In this document: piece after piece, positions 8,650-18,340 of the stretch
Layout of the letters: each line of letters begins with the position of its first letter
Numbering within the stretch: the stretch's first letter is position 1
The notes under the pieces: generated by a model
Database searches by the model: none
Told to the model about the DNA's origin: nothing
What the model saw: the letters and a program-made list of their open reading frames with translations, nothing else
Source of the DNA: a bacterium
GTDB taxonomy: Bacteria > Patescibacteriota > Microgenomatia > UBA8517
Direction: 5' to 3'
DNA: 64,000 nucleotides
Assembly: GCA_030583725.1 (NCBI GenBank)
Contig: CP129472.1
Span: forward strand, 142,958-206,957
Made by a program: the position numbers and the translations under genes

Positions 8650-11520
8650 TTACAAATATTTACCTGTTACTGAATTACTATTTCTTTTTATATCCTTTGG
8701 AGTTCCTACTGCTATTATTTTACCCCCATTATCTCCACCTTCTGGCCCTAAATCTATTACCCAATCTGAATTTTTAATAACATCAATATTATGCTCTATC
8801 ACACAAACAGTGTTTCCTTTTGCAACTAATAGTCTTAAAACTTTAAGTAACTTTTCTACATCCGCAAAATGAAGTCCAGTTGTTGGTTCATCTAAAATGT
8901 AAAAAGTTTTTCCTGTTTGCCTTTTTGATAATTCTGTTGCTAATTTTACTCTTTGGGCTTCACCACCTGAAAGTTGAGTTGCAGGTTGACCTAACTCTAT
9001 ATATCCTAGGCCCACGTCCTCTAATGTTTCAAGTTTTTCATATATTTTAGGGTGTACTGAAAAAAACTCTTTGGCTTCAGATACTGTTAAGTTTAAGACA
9101 TCAGAAATGTTTTTACCCTTGTATGTAATTTCCAAAGTTTGAGAGTTATACCTTTTACCTTTACAAACTTCACAATTAACCCAAATGTCTGGCATAAACT
9201 GCATTTCAATTTTTGTTTGCCCTTGTCCTTCACAGGCTTCACACCTACCACCTTTCAAATTAAATGAAAATTGTCCTTTTTTGTAACCTAATACTTTAGC
9301 CTCTCTTGTTAACGCAAAAACATCTCGAACAGGGTCAAATATTCCAGTATAAGTTGCGGGGTTGCTTCTAGGAGTTCTGCCTATTGGTGATTGGTCTATT
9401 AGTATTGCTTTATCTATATTGTCCAATCCTTCTACTCTCTCATGTTCCCCGACATGGTCCTTAAAGAATGGGTTGAAGTGTTGTTGCAATATTGGATAGA
9501 CAGTATCTACAAGTAATGTGGATTTACCAGATCCTGAAACTCCAGTAATACAAATAAACTTACCTAATGGGAAATCAACATCTGTTTTTTTTAGATTATT
9601 ATGTGAAGCACCAAATATTTTAAAATTTCCGTGTGCAACATTAACTAAAACGCTGGGCAAGGACATTGCAGAAATTTTCTTTTTTCCTGATAGATATTTA
9701 CCTGTTAGTGAATCATTACTTCTAATGATATCTTGCAAGGTTCCTGAAGCGACTAGTTTTCCACCAAGTTTTCCAGCCAGTGGTCCAAAATCTGCTAAGT
9801 AATCTGCTTGTTTCATCATCTCTTCATCGTGTTCAACAACAACAACAGTATTACCAAGATTTTTTAAATGCTTTAAGGTATCTATAAGTTTCTGATTGTC
9901 TTTTTGGTGAAGTCCTATTGTGGGTTCGTCCAAAACATACAAAACTCCAGTTAAGCCTGAACCAATTTGGCTAGCAAGGCGTATCCTCTGAGCCTCACCA
10001 CCTGAAAGAGAACCTGCCATTCTGTCCAAGGTTAGATATTCAAGTCCTACAGATTTTAGAAAGTTAAGTCTACCTATAATTTCTTCAATAATTAGTTTTC
10101 CAATTTGAATTTCTCTTTCATTTATAATCTTTTCTTTTATTAAAGTGTTGATATATTGATATAAGAAACCTACTGAATAACTTGTAAACTCTGCAATGTT
10201 TTTGTTATCAATCGTGACAGACAAACTTTCTTTTTTAAGTCTTGTTCCATTACAACTTAGACAAACCATTTCTCTCATATACTTTTCAAATTCATTTTTA
10301 ATATAATCCGAGTCAGTTTCCTTGTACCTTCTCTCAATGCTTCCAACAATTCCTTCATATTTTTGCCATATCGTTGTATCCTTACCCCATTTGTTTTTTC
10401 CATTAACTTGATACAAATCATCTTTAGTACCATACAAAAGTAGATCTTTTTCTTTTTGATTTAAGTGTTTAATTGGAGTGTGTGCATTGATTTTATTCTT
10501 TTCACACATAGCTACAACAGTCTTTGCATACCAAGTCTCATGATCAAACATAGACGAGAAAGGAAGTATCCCACCTTCCATAATCGACAACTCTTCAGAA
10601 AAAACTAGATTAGGTTCTACTTTTTTTAACTTCCCAAGTCCTGTACAAGCTGGACAGGCTCCATGAGGAGAATTGAATGAAAAACTTCTAGGTTCAATCT
10701 CAGGTAATGAGATGTTGCATTTAGGACAAGAAAACTTTTCTGAGTATAAATGGTCTACATAGTTTTCAGGATAATCAGGAATTGCAAAAGATGCATCTTT
10801 GATTTCAGAAAGTATTACAAACCCATCAGCCAACCTCAAGGCTTGAGATACTGAATCAAAAAGTCTTGATTTTAAAGTGTTATTATCCTTTTTATCTATA
10901 ACTACCTTATCAATTACCACGTCTATACTGTGTTTGTTTGTTTTAATTAGTGTAAAGTCATCCTGCAATTCTTTATAAACTCCATCAATCCTAACTCTGG
11001 CATATCCTTTAGATATCAAATTATCAAATAAACTACTAAACTCTCCCTTTCTATCAGTTATCACAGGTGCCAAAAGATAGAATTTTCCTTTGTTAGCCAT
11101 AATTTTATTTACAATTTCTTCAAGTGTTTGCATTGATATTTCATTTTTACAATTTGGACAGTGAGGATGTCCAATCCTTGCAAACAGAAGTCTTAAATAG
11201 TCATATATTTCTGTAACTGTTCCAACTGTTGACCTTGGATTTCTGGAAGTAGTTTTTTGATCAATTGAAATTGCTGGAGACAACCCAGTTATTGAATCAA
11301 CATCTGGCTTTTCCATAATACCTAAAAATTGCCTGGCATAAGTAGACAGGCTTTCTACATATCTTCTTTGTCCTTCTGCATACAAGGTGTCAAAGGCAAA
11401 AGAAGACTTACCACTACCAGAAACTCCAGTTAAAACAGTTAACTTGTTTTTAGGAATATCAAGGTCAACACCTCGTAAATTGTGTTGTCTTGCACCCTTT
11501 ATTGATATATAGTCATTCAT
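8650..11520 (-). CDS. uvrA: excinuclease ABC subunit A (UvrA)
   Basis: 956 aa; two ABC modules (GVSGSGKSS / GVSGSGKST Walker A, LSGGEAQR signatures), zinc-finger Cys clusters, C-terminal 'VTGKYL'. Confidence 0.95.
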   Translation of the reverse strand: MNDYISIKGARQHNLRGVDLDIPKNKLTVLTGVSGSGKSSFAFDTLYAEGQRRYVESLSTYARQFLGIMEKPDVDSITGLSPAISIDQKTTSRNPRSTVGTVTEIYDYLRLLFARIGHPHCPNCKNEISMQTLEEIVNKIMANKGKFYLLAPVITDRKGEFSSLFDNLISKGYARVRIDGVYKELQDDFTLIKTNKHSIDVVIDKVVIDKKDNNTLKSRLFDSVSQALRLADGFVILSEIKDASFAIPDYPENYVDHLYSEKFSCPKCNISLPEIEPRSFSFNSPHGACPACTGLGKLKKVEPNLVFSEELSIMEGGILPFSSMFDHETWYAKTVVAMCEKNKINAHTPIKHLNQKEKDLLLYGTKDDLYQVNGKNKWGKDTTIWQKYEGIVGSIERRYKETDSDYIKNEFEKYMREMVCLSCNGTRLKKESLSVTIDNKNIAEFTSYSVGFLYQYINTLIKEKIINEREIQIGKLIIEEIIGRLNFLKSVGLEYLTLDRMAGSLSGGEAQRIRLASQIGSGLTGVLYVLDEPTIGLHQKDNQKLIDTLKHLKNLGNTVVVVEHDEEMMKQADYLADFGPLAGKLGGKLVASGTLQDIIRSNDSLTGKYLSGKKKISAMSLPSVLVNVAHGNFKIFGASHNNLKKTDVDFPLGKFICITGVSGSGKSTLLVDTVYPILQQHFNPFFKDHVGEHERVEGLDNIDKAILIDQSPIGRTPRSNPATYTGIFDPVRDVFALTREAKVLGYKKGQFSFNLKGGRCEACEGQGQTKIEMQFMPDIWVNCEVCKGKRYNSQTLEITYKGKNISDVLNLTVSEAKEFFSVHPKIYEKLETLEDVGLGYIELGQPATQLSGGEAQRVKLATELSKRQTGKTFYILDEPTTGLHFADVEKLLKVLRLLVAKGNTVCVIEHNIDVIKNSDWVIDLGPEGGDNGGKIIAVGTPKDIKRNSNSVTGKYL

Positions 11521-11567
11521 ACGTCAAACTTCCTCTGCAAACGCAAAGGATGTTACAATTATACAGT

Positions 11568-12332
11568 ATGAACTTATTTCAGACGATAGCCTTATCAATT
11601 GTAGAAGGAATTACTGAATTCCTGCCTATTTCTTCAACAGGACATTTAATTTTAACCGCAAAACTATTAGATATTGCCCAAACTGAATTTGTTAAATCTT
11701 TTCAAATTATTATCCAACTAGGTGCAATTTTGGCAGTTGTTGTAATTTATTTTAAAAAGTTGGTCTTAAGTCTTAATTGGAAGTTATACAAAAATATACT
11801 ATTAGCATTTTTACCATCTGTTGTTTTTGGATTACTTTTTTATGACTTTATTAAAGATTACTTAATTGGCAATTCAATGGTTGTTGTCTCAAGCCTACTT
11901 GCAGGAGGTATTGTAATGCTTCTATTTGAAAATTTTATAAAACCCAAAGATAATAAGTCTTTAAATAATATGCACTACTTATTAATTGGTTTGTTTCAGA
12001 TTTTTTCAATGATTCCCGGAGTTTCTCGTGCTTTTGCAACTATTTTTGGAGGTATGATTGTGGGAATGAATAGAAAGAACGCTACAGAATTTTCATTTTT
12101 TCTAGCAATTCCTACAATGTTAGGTGCTAGTGTTTTAGATGTAGTTAGAACAGATGTATCTGTTTGGACCAATGGTAACCTGACAACACTTGTAATTGGA
12201 TTTATTTTAAGTTTTTTAACTGCTTATATTGCAGTTAGATGGTTATTAAAATATGTTCAAAACCATAATTTTAAAATATTTGGCTGGTATAGAATAGTCC
12301 TTGCCTTGATTTTTATGTTTTTAGTTATATAA
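11568..12332 (+). CDS. uppP: undecaprenyl-diphosphatase (UppP/BacA)
   Basis: 'VEGITEFLPISSTGHLIL' N-terminal signature, polytopic membrane protein; start moved from track 11490 to ATG 11568 to clear uvrA. Confidence 0.85.
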   Translation: MNLFQTIALSIVEGITEFLPISSTGHLILTAKLLDIAQTEFVKSFQIIIQLGAILAVVVIYFKKLVLSLNWKLYKNILLAFLPSVVFGLLFYDFIKDYLIGNSMVVVSSLLAGGIVMLLFENFIKPKDNKSLNNMHYLLIGLFQIFSMIPGVSRAFATIFGGMIVGMNRKNATEFSFFLAIPTMLGASVLDVVRTDVSVWTNGNLTTLVIGFILSFLTAYIAVRWLLKYVQNHNFKIFGWYRIVLALIFMFLVI

Positions 12333-12340
12333 TTCAAGCC

Positions 12341-12601
12341 ATGACAGAACGATTTACAATATCAATGTATTTTCAGGGAACTGATAGACAGGTTATAGCT
12401 TCAGCGGTTGAAAAATCTAATCTCCCTGAAAACGTCGCAATTGTCGGTAAAAAAGAATATCGGGAAGCAAAGAAACCTTTTGTTGTTATTGCTCATGCGG
12501 CGTACCCAGACGAAGCTACGACCATCATAAAAGCTGGTGCGTTAGATTATGTAGAGATGGTAAACGACGCTGACAAATTGGCTCAAAGACTTAATAGTTA
12601 A
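12341..12601 (+). CDS. small receiver(REC)-like protein lacking the phospho-acceptor half (pseudo-receiver?)
   Basis: 86 aa; C-terminal 'PFVVIAHAAYPDEATTIIKAGALDYVEMVNDADKLAQRL' resembles REC beta4-alpha5; no DD pair/acceptor Asp in N-terminal half; locally higher GC; 4-nt overlap with uvrB stop. Confidence 0.35.
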   Translation: MTERFTISMYFQGTDRQVIASAVEKSNLPENVAIVGKKEYREAKKPFVVIAHAAYPDEATTIIKAGALDYVEMVNDADKLAQRLNS

Positions 12602-14622
12602 TTATTCAAGTTTTTTACCCTATCCCTAATCTCTGCAGCCAGTTCAAAATTTAAGTTTTTGGCAGCTATTACCATTTCTTTTTGCAGGTTTTTAATTAAT
12701 CTCTTTTTATCCATTGGAGTTAAACTTTCGGTTTCTATTTCTGATAAATGTGCAAAGGTTTCAAGACCAAAACCTAATGCTTTTTCAACATTTGAATCAT
12801 CTTGTTTTTCAATTAATTTTTCTCTTAAGGGCTTAACTATTGATTTTGGAGTTATTCCATACTTTTTATTCATTTCAAGCTGGTATTCTCGTCTTCTTTT
12901 TACTTCATCAAGAGCTCTTTGCATTGAGCCTGTAATTTTATCAGCGTACATAATAACTCGTCCCTCAATATGTCTTGCAGCCCTTCCCATTGTTTGTATT
13001 AGACTAGTTTGGCTTCTCAAGAAACCTTCTTTATCTGCATCTAAAATAGCAACTAAACCAACCTCTGGAAGATCTAGACCCTCTCTTAAGAGATTAATAC
13101 CAACTAGGACGTCATATGTACCCCTTCTTAGATTGTCTAAGATGTCTGTTCTGTCTAATGTGTGTACATCAGAATGCAAATAGGCAACTTTCATGCCTTG
13201 TTCTTCAAGATAATTGGATAAGTCCTCAGCAGTTTTTTTAGTTAGTGTAGTTACCAAAACTCTCCTTTTGTTTTTTGTTTCATTTTTAATTTCTTCAATA
13301 ACATCTTTAATTTGATCAGTAGTTGGCTTAATTGTTACTATTGGGTCTGGTATACCTGTAGGACGAACTAGTTGTTCTACAATATTGCCTTCAGAAAGTG
13401 AAAGTTCCCAATCATTTGGTGTTGCACTGAGAGCTATAAAGTTAGGGATCTTTCTCATAAACTCATCAAATTTAAGTGGTCTGTTGTCAAAGCTTGATGG
13501 AAGTCTAAAACCATAATCAACTAGTGTTGATTTTCTTGAGAAGTCGCCTGCGAACATTCCCCTTATCTGAGGAAATGTTATATGGCTTTCATCAACAACT
13601 ACTAGCCAGTCGTCGTGTCCAAATTTTGAAGAATTAACAGAAAAATAATCAAGAAGCGAAAATGGAGCATCTCCAGGCTTTCTACCATCAAAATATCTTG
13701 AATAGTTCTCAATACCTTTTACATATCCAACCTCTTTAATCATTTCTAGGTCATATTTAACTCTTTGTGATAATCTTTGTGCCTCAAGTAGCTTTTTCTC
13801 CTTTTTAAGACTATTAGCTCTTTGGTTTAAGTCAGTTTTAATTTGGTCAAAGGCCAAATTATGAGTCTTAGGATCAGTAATAAAGTGCTTTGCTGGATAA
13901 AGAGTAAATGGTAAGTTATGAATGCTAACCAAGGCTCCCGTAACAGAATGAATAGAACTAACTTTTTTTATTTTTACATCGTCTAACTCAATTCTAACTG
14001 CATCATCTGAATATGCTGGATAAACATCAATTGTTTCACCTCTAATTCTAAAAGTGCCCCTATTAAAACCAAATTCTGATCTTTCATATTGTAAGTCCAA
14101 AAGCCTATCAATTATTTGGTCACGGGTTACTTTCATTCCAGCAACAAACTCAAAGGCAAACTTACCATACTCATTGGGTGAGCCAATGTTATATATACAC
14201 GACACAGAAGCAACTACTATTACATCCTTTCTAGTCAACAAATTTGTTGTAGCTGCAAGTCTTAGTTTATCGATTAATTCATTAATTGCAGAGTCCTTTT
14301 CTATGTATGTGTCAGTCGAAGGAATATAACTTTCTGGTTGGTAATAGTCATAGTAGGAAACAAAATATGAAACTGCATTGTCAGGAAATAAATCTCTCAT
14401 CTCCTGATATAGTTGTGCTGCCAATGTTTTGTTGTGGGAGATTATAAGTGTTGGTTTTTGTAACTTTTCAATTACACAAGCAGCAGTCATTGTTTTCCCT
14501 GATCCAGTAACACCTAAAAGAGTTTGGTATTTAACATCTTTATTAATGTTGTCCACCAATTTGTCAATTGCCTTTTGCTGCTCAAGAATAGGTATATTTT
14601 TTGAAACTAATTTAAAATTCAT
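12598..14622 (-). CDS. uvrB: excinuclease ABC subunit B (UvrB)
   Basis: 674 aa; 'GVTGSGKT' Walker A, DESH helicase motif II 'VVDESHIT', beta-hairpin region, C-terminal UVR domain 'ELAAEIRDR'. Confidence 0.95.
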   Translation of the reverse strand: MNFKLVSKNIPILEQQKAIDKLVDNINKDVKYQTLLGVTGSGKTMTAACVIEKLQKPTLIISHNKTLAAQLYQEMRDLFPDNAVSYFVSYYDYYQPESYIPSTDTYIEKDSAINELIDKLRLAATTNLLTRKDVIVVASVSCIYNIGSPNEYGKFAFEFVAGMKVTRDQIIDRLLDLQYERSEFGFNRGTFRIRGETIDVYPAYSDDAVRIELDDVKIKKVSSIHSVTGALVSIHNLPFTLYPAKHFITDPKTHNLAFDQIKTDLNQRANSLKKEKKLLEAQRLSQRVKYDLEMIKEVGYVKGIENYSRYFDGRKPGDAPFSLLDYFSVNSSKFGHDDWLVVVDESHITFPQIRGMFAGDFSRKSTLVDYGFRLPSSFDNRPLKFDEFMRKIPNFIALSATPNDWELSLSEGNIVEQLVRPTGIPDPIVTIKPTTDQIKDVIEEIKNETKNKRRVLVTTLTKKTAEDLSNYLEEQGMKVAYLHSDVHTLDRTDILDNLRRGTYDVLVGINLLREGLDLPEVGLVAILDADKEGFLRSQTSLIQTMGRAARHIEGRVIMYADKITGSMQRALDEVKRRREYQLEMNKKYGITPKSIVKPLREKLIEKQDDSNVEKALGFGLETFAHLSEIETESLTPMDKKRLIKNLQKEMVIAAKNLNFELAAEIRDRVKNLNN

Positions 14623-14683
14623 TTCTATATTGTATCAAAAAGATGTACTTGACGCATTCGGTTTATGTTTGTATATTCATACT

Positions 14684-15319
14684 ATGGCACCAAATAGAAC
14701 AGCACCAGTAGTTTACAAAAGACAGGCCCAGATTTTAGATTTTATAAGACAAACCGTGGAAGCAAGTGGTTTTGCTCCAACTTTAAGATCAATAGCAGAT
14801 GCAATTGGCGTAAGGTCACTGGCTACAGTCCATGAGCATGTTGAAAGTTTGGTTGAAAAGGGGTTACTTAAAAGAACATCAGGAAGACTTCGCAAAATGG
14901 AGCTCACGATCCCAATTAATATAAATAATGAGGGTGTGACAGTACCAATACTAGGTTTTATTGCAGCTGGTCAGCCTATTGAAACAATGACAGATCCAAA
15001 TGCCCACATCTCAATTCCACCATCTTTTATGAAATCAGGCAAAAGAGTTTATGTACTTCAGGTACGGGGTCAATCTATGATTGAAGATCATATAGATGAC
15101 GGTGATTTTGTAATCTGTGAACAAGTTGAGACAGCAAATAATGGTGAAATAGTTGTAGCACTTTTAAAAACTGGTATGGCAACCCTAAAGAGATACTTTA
15201 AAGAAGCAACAAGGATAAGACTTGAACCTGCAAACTCAGCAATGGCTCCAATATTTGCTAAAGAAGTTACGATACAGGGTAAAGTTGTAGGTTTAATTAG
15301 AAAATACGGTAGAGTTTAA
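14684..15319 (+). CDS. lexA: LexA repressor
   Basis: N-terminal wHTH (QILDFIRQTVEASGFAPTLRSIADAIGV), Ala-Gly cleavage site 'FIAAGQPIE', S24 peptidase 'GQSMIED' Ser and 'ALLKTGMATLKRY' Lys; track start 14429 rejected (runs into uvrB). Confidence 0.85.
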   Translation: MAPNRTAPVVYKRQAQILDFIRQTVEASGFAPTLRSIADAIGVRSLATVHEHVESLVEKGLLKRTSGRLRKMELTIPININNEGVTVPILGFIAAGQPIETMTDPNAHISIPPSFMKSGKRVYVLQVRGQSMIEDHIDDGDFVICEQVETANNGEIVVALLKTGMATLKRYFKEATRIRLEPANSAMAPIFAKEVTIQGKVVGLIRKYGRV

Positions 15320-15347
15320 ACTTCCTAATACTAATATTCTTTAAATT

Positions 15348-17042
15348 CTACTGTAATAAATTTCTTCCACTCATTTGTGTTGGTATGCCAATTCCAAGAA
15401 GAGCTAGAACAGTAGGGGCAACATCAGCCAAAACACCTGAAGGTAATACTTGTCCCCTACCCATAAATTCTTTGGAAACAATAATTAACGGCACGGGATT
15501 TGTACTGTGTTCTGTTGATACTTGACCCGACTGTGCGTCAATCATCTGTTCGCAGTTTCCATGGTCTGCTGTTATAACTAATGCTCCATCGTAAGCCAAA
15601 CAAAAGTTTGCAAGTCTTCCAATGCATTCATCTACAGATTCACAGGCTTTAACAGCTGAACCTATATTTCCTGTATGACCTACCATATCAGGAGCAGCGT
15701 AATTAACTAAAATAAACTTATAATCATTTGTTCCCTTGATTTTATTTAAAATGGCGTCTGTTAGCTCGTAAGAGCTCATTTCCGGCTTTAAATCATATGT
15801 TGCCACCTTAGGTGATGGGACAATTAACCTCTCTTCCATTTCCATGGGTATTTCTTGCTGACCATTAAAGTAAAAGGTTACAAACCTTTCCTTTTCACTT
15901 TCGCAAGCCCTCAATTGTTTATATCCGTTTTCAGATATAACTCGTCCTAATGGCATATCAACATTTTCAGGTGCAAACGCAGCTTTTGCACCTTCTTCAA
16001 TTAATGGCTTTTCATATTCTGTCATAGTCGCAAAATATAAATTTTTAATTTTTTCATCTCTTGCAAAGGTATGAATTTCTGGCAGGTTTCCGTTTGTATG
16101 TTTATGTTTGTATTTAACCAAATAAGGGTCAAAAGACTGGACATTTTCAGCCTTGTTAAAATCAGCATAAACAAAAGCTCTTGATAACTGTCTAGGTCTG
16201 TCAACCCTGAAATTGTAAAAAATAACAGCATCATTTTCTTTAATTGTAGTTAGGGGGTTTCCTTGGTTATCGGTAACCACAGAAGGTTCAATAAATTCAT
16301 CTGTTTTACCATTCTCATAAGACATATCAACCGCCTCAATGCAGGACTTAACTAGATTTCCTTGACCTTTAGTTAATGCAAGATATGCTTTTTCTGTTCT
16401 CTCCCATCTATGATCTCTATCCATTGCCCAATATCTACCCATTATGGAGGCGATTCTTCCCACGTTCTCTCTTATGCAGGCTTCTTTGATCTGTTCAATG
16501 TAGATTTTGGCGGCAGTTGGTGGTGAATCACGACCATCAGTAAATAAATGTAAGAAAACTCTATCAAATTTGTTTCTACTACACAGTTGAACTAAAGCAA
16601 ATAAATGTTCTAGATTTGAGTGTACTCCTCCGGCACCAACTAAGCCCATCAGGTGTAAATTGGAATTATTATCTTTGGCATGTTTTATAGCTGACAAAAG
16701 TACCTGATTACTAAAAAATGTTCCATCAGCAATTGACATATTTATTCTCATTAAATCCTGATAGACAATTCTTCCTGCACCCAAATTAAGATGGCCTGTT
16801 TCAGTGTTTCCAGCCTCTCCACGCGGTAAACCTACTGACTCACCTGAGGCACTTAATTGAGTATGTGGATAGCCAGCAGCAAATCGGTTGATATTAACAG
16901 TATTGGCCATTGATATAGCATTTCCTGCTGATGGTGCTGATATACCCCAGCCATCAAGAACTGCCAATATTACAAATTTTGGATTGGTACTAGGTTTCAT
17001 AACGTAACTGATATCATTTATTTTTATTTTGGAAGTATTCAA
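15348..17042 (-). CDS. gpmI: 2,3-bisphosphoglycerate-independent phosphoglycerate mutase
   Basis: 'FVILAVLDGWGIS', 'GNTETGHLNLGAGRIVYQDL', C-terminal 'ITADHGNCE' iPGM signatures; 29-nt overlap with eno. Confidence 0.9.
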   Translation of the reverse strand: MNTSKIKINDISYVMKPSTNPKFVILAVLDGWGISAPSAGNAISMANTVNINRFAAGYPHTQLSASGESVGLPRGEAGNTETGHLNLGAGRIVYQDLMRINMSIADGTFFSNQVLLSAIKHAKDNNSNLHLMGLVGAGGVHSNLEHLFALVQLCSRNKFDRVFLHLFTDGRDSPPTAAKIYIEQIKEACIRENVGRIASIMGRYWAMDRDHRWERTEKAYLALTKGQGNLVKSCIEAVDMSYENGKTDEFIEPSVVTDNQGNPLTTIKENDAVIFYNFRVDRPRQLSRAFVYADFNKAENVQSFDPYLVKYKHKHTNGNLPEIHTFARDEKIKNLYFATMTEYEKPLIEEGAKAAFAPENVDMPLGRVISENGYKQLRACESEKERFVTFYFNGQQEIPMEMEERLIVPSPKVATYDLKPEMSSYELTDAILNKIKGTNDYKFILVNYAAPDMVGHTGNIGSAVKACESVDECIGRLANFCLAYDGALVITADHGNCEQMIDAQSGQVSTEHSTNPVPLIIVSKEFMGRGQVLPSGVLADVAPTVLALLGIGIPTQMSGRNLLQ

Positions 17043-18294
17043 GTTCTATTTCGATTGCAGTCAAACGATTATATTTAGCGATACGCTCACCCCTTGCAGG
17101 GGCTCCAAATTTTGCATAGTCTGAAGCTATACCAACAGCGAAATCTGCTATAAAAGTATCGTTGGTTTCTCCACTTCTATGTGAGGTTATTACTTTCCAA
17201 CCAGCGTCTTTTGCCATTTTAACAACTTGTAGTGTTTCTGAAACAGTTCCTATCTGATTGGGTTTAATAACAGCTCCGTTACAAGCTTTTTCATCAATTG
17301 CCTTCTGCAATCTTTTTGGATTTGTCACTAAGATATCGTCACCCACTATAATTGCAGTTCCAGATAGCTCTGCATTTATTTTTTTCCATGAGTTCCAAGC
17401 ATCTTCTTGAAATGGATCTTCTAAAATTGCCAAATGGTAGGTATTAATTAACTCTTTGTAATAATCAAGTAATTGGTCGTCACTTAAAGTCGAGGATCTA
17501 TCACGAATAGTGTAGTCACCATCTTTGTAAAAACTGTTGGCTGCAATATCTAAACCTAAAAAGACATCGCGACCCAGAGAATAGTTGGTTTGACGAACTG
17601 ATTCTACAAAAACTTCAAAAGCGTCTGCATTAGTAAATAAATTGGGGGCATAACCACCTTCGTGACCAACAGAATGTATAGCACCGCGTCGAGCTAAGTT
17701 ATCGCCAATTGTTTTATATATTTCAGCACCCATCTGAAGACCTTCTCTAAAGTTCTTGTTTGTTGCGGGTATCATCCAAAATTCTTGGAAGTCAAGGTTT
17801 CCTGCTCCGTGTAAACCTCCATTAATCATATTAAGAAGTGGAGTTGGAGTTTTTACCCCCTTTTTTAAACCTCTTTCTACACCTAGATCATTTATCCAAG
17901 TATAAAGGGATTTACTCTGTGACAATGCTGCAACCTTACAAACCACTTCAGAAACTGCAAGAATTGAGTTCCCACCATACTTTGATTTATTTTCTGTTCC
18001 ATCTAGACCTACTAGTTTTTGATCAATCTCTGCTTGCTTGGTTGAATCCATACCAACAATAGCTGGGCCCAAGATGGTATTAATATTTTCACAAGCCTTC
18101 AAAACTCCATCACCGTGGTACCTAGCTGGATCTGCGTCACGAAGTTCTAGGGCTTCATGTGAACCCATGGAAGTACCTGCAGGAACAGAAGCTGTTGCAA
18201 ATCTTCCATCATCAAGTAGACAATAACATTCAACTGTAGGAATACCTCTACTGTCTAATATTTCTCTTGACCAAATTCTTTTAATGACACTCAT
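17014..18294 (-). CDS. eno: enolase
   Basis: 'IWSREILDSRGIPTVEC' N-terminus, 'IKPNQIGTVSETL', 'SHRSGETND' enolase signatures. Confidence 0.95.
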   Translation of the reverse strand: MSVIKRIWSREILDSRGIPTVECYCLLDDGRFATASVPAGTSMGSHEALELRDADPARYHGDGVLKACENINTILGPAIVGMDSTKQAEIDQKLVGLDGTENKSKYGGNSILAVSEVVCKVAALSQSKSLYTWINDLGVERGLKKGVKTPTPLLNMINGGLHGAGNLDFQEFWMIPATNKNFREGLQMGAEIYKTIGDNLARRGAIHSVGHEGGYAPNLFTNADAFEVFVESVRQTNYSLGRDVFLGLDIAANSFYKDGDYTIRDRSSTLSDDQLLDYYKELINTYHLAILEDPFQEDAWNSWKKINAELSGTAIIVGDDILVTNPKRLQKAIDEKACNGAVIKPNQIGTVSETLQVVKMAKDAGWKVITSHRSGETNDTFIADFAVGIASDYAKFGAPARGERIAKYNRLTAIEIELEYFQNKNK

Positions 18295-18340
18295 TTTATT
18301 TTTATTAATTTATCACAAGCTCCGCTTTATATTATATATA

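Noticed and set aside
14429-14683. Track start of LexA (296 aa) and of UppP (11490), Obg (1849), PGI (21854) and the 61470 membrane protein
   Set aside because: These upstream extensions overlap convergent or divergent neighbouring genes or a tRNA. Internal ATGs give proteins whose N-termini match the family (e.g. LexA wHTH begins right after ATG 14684).
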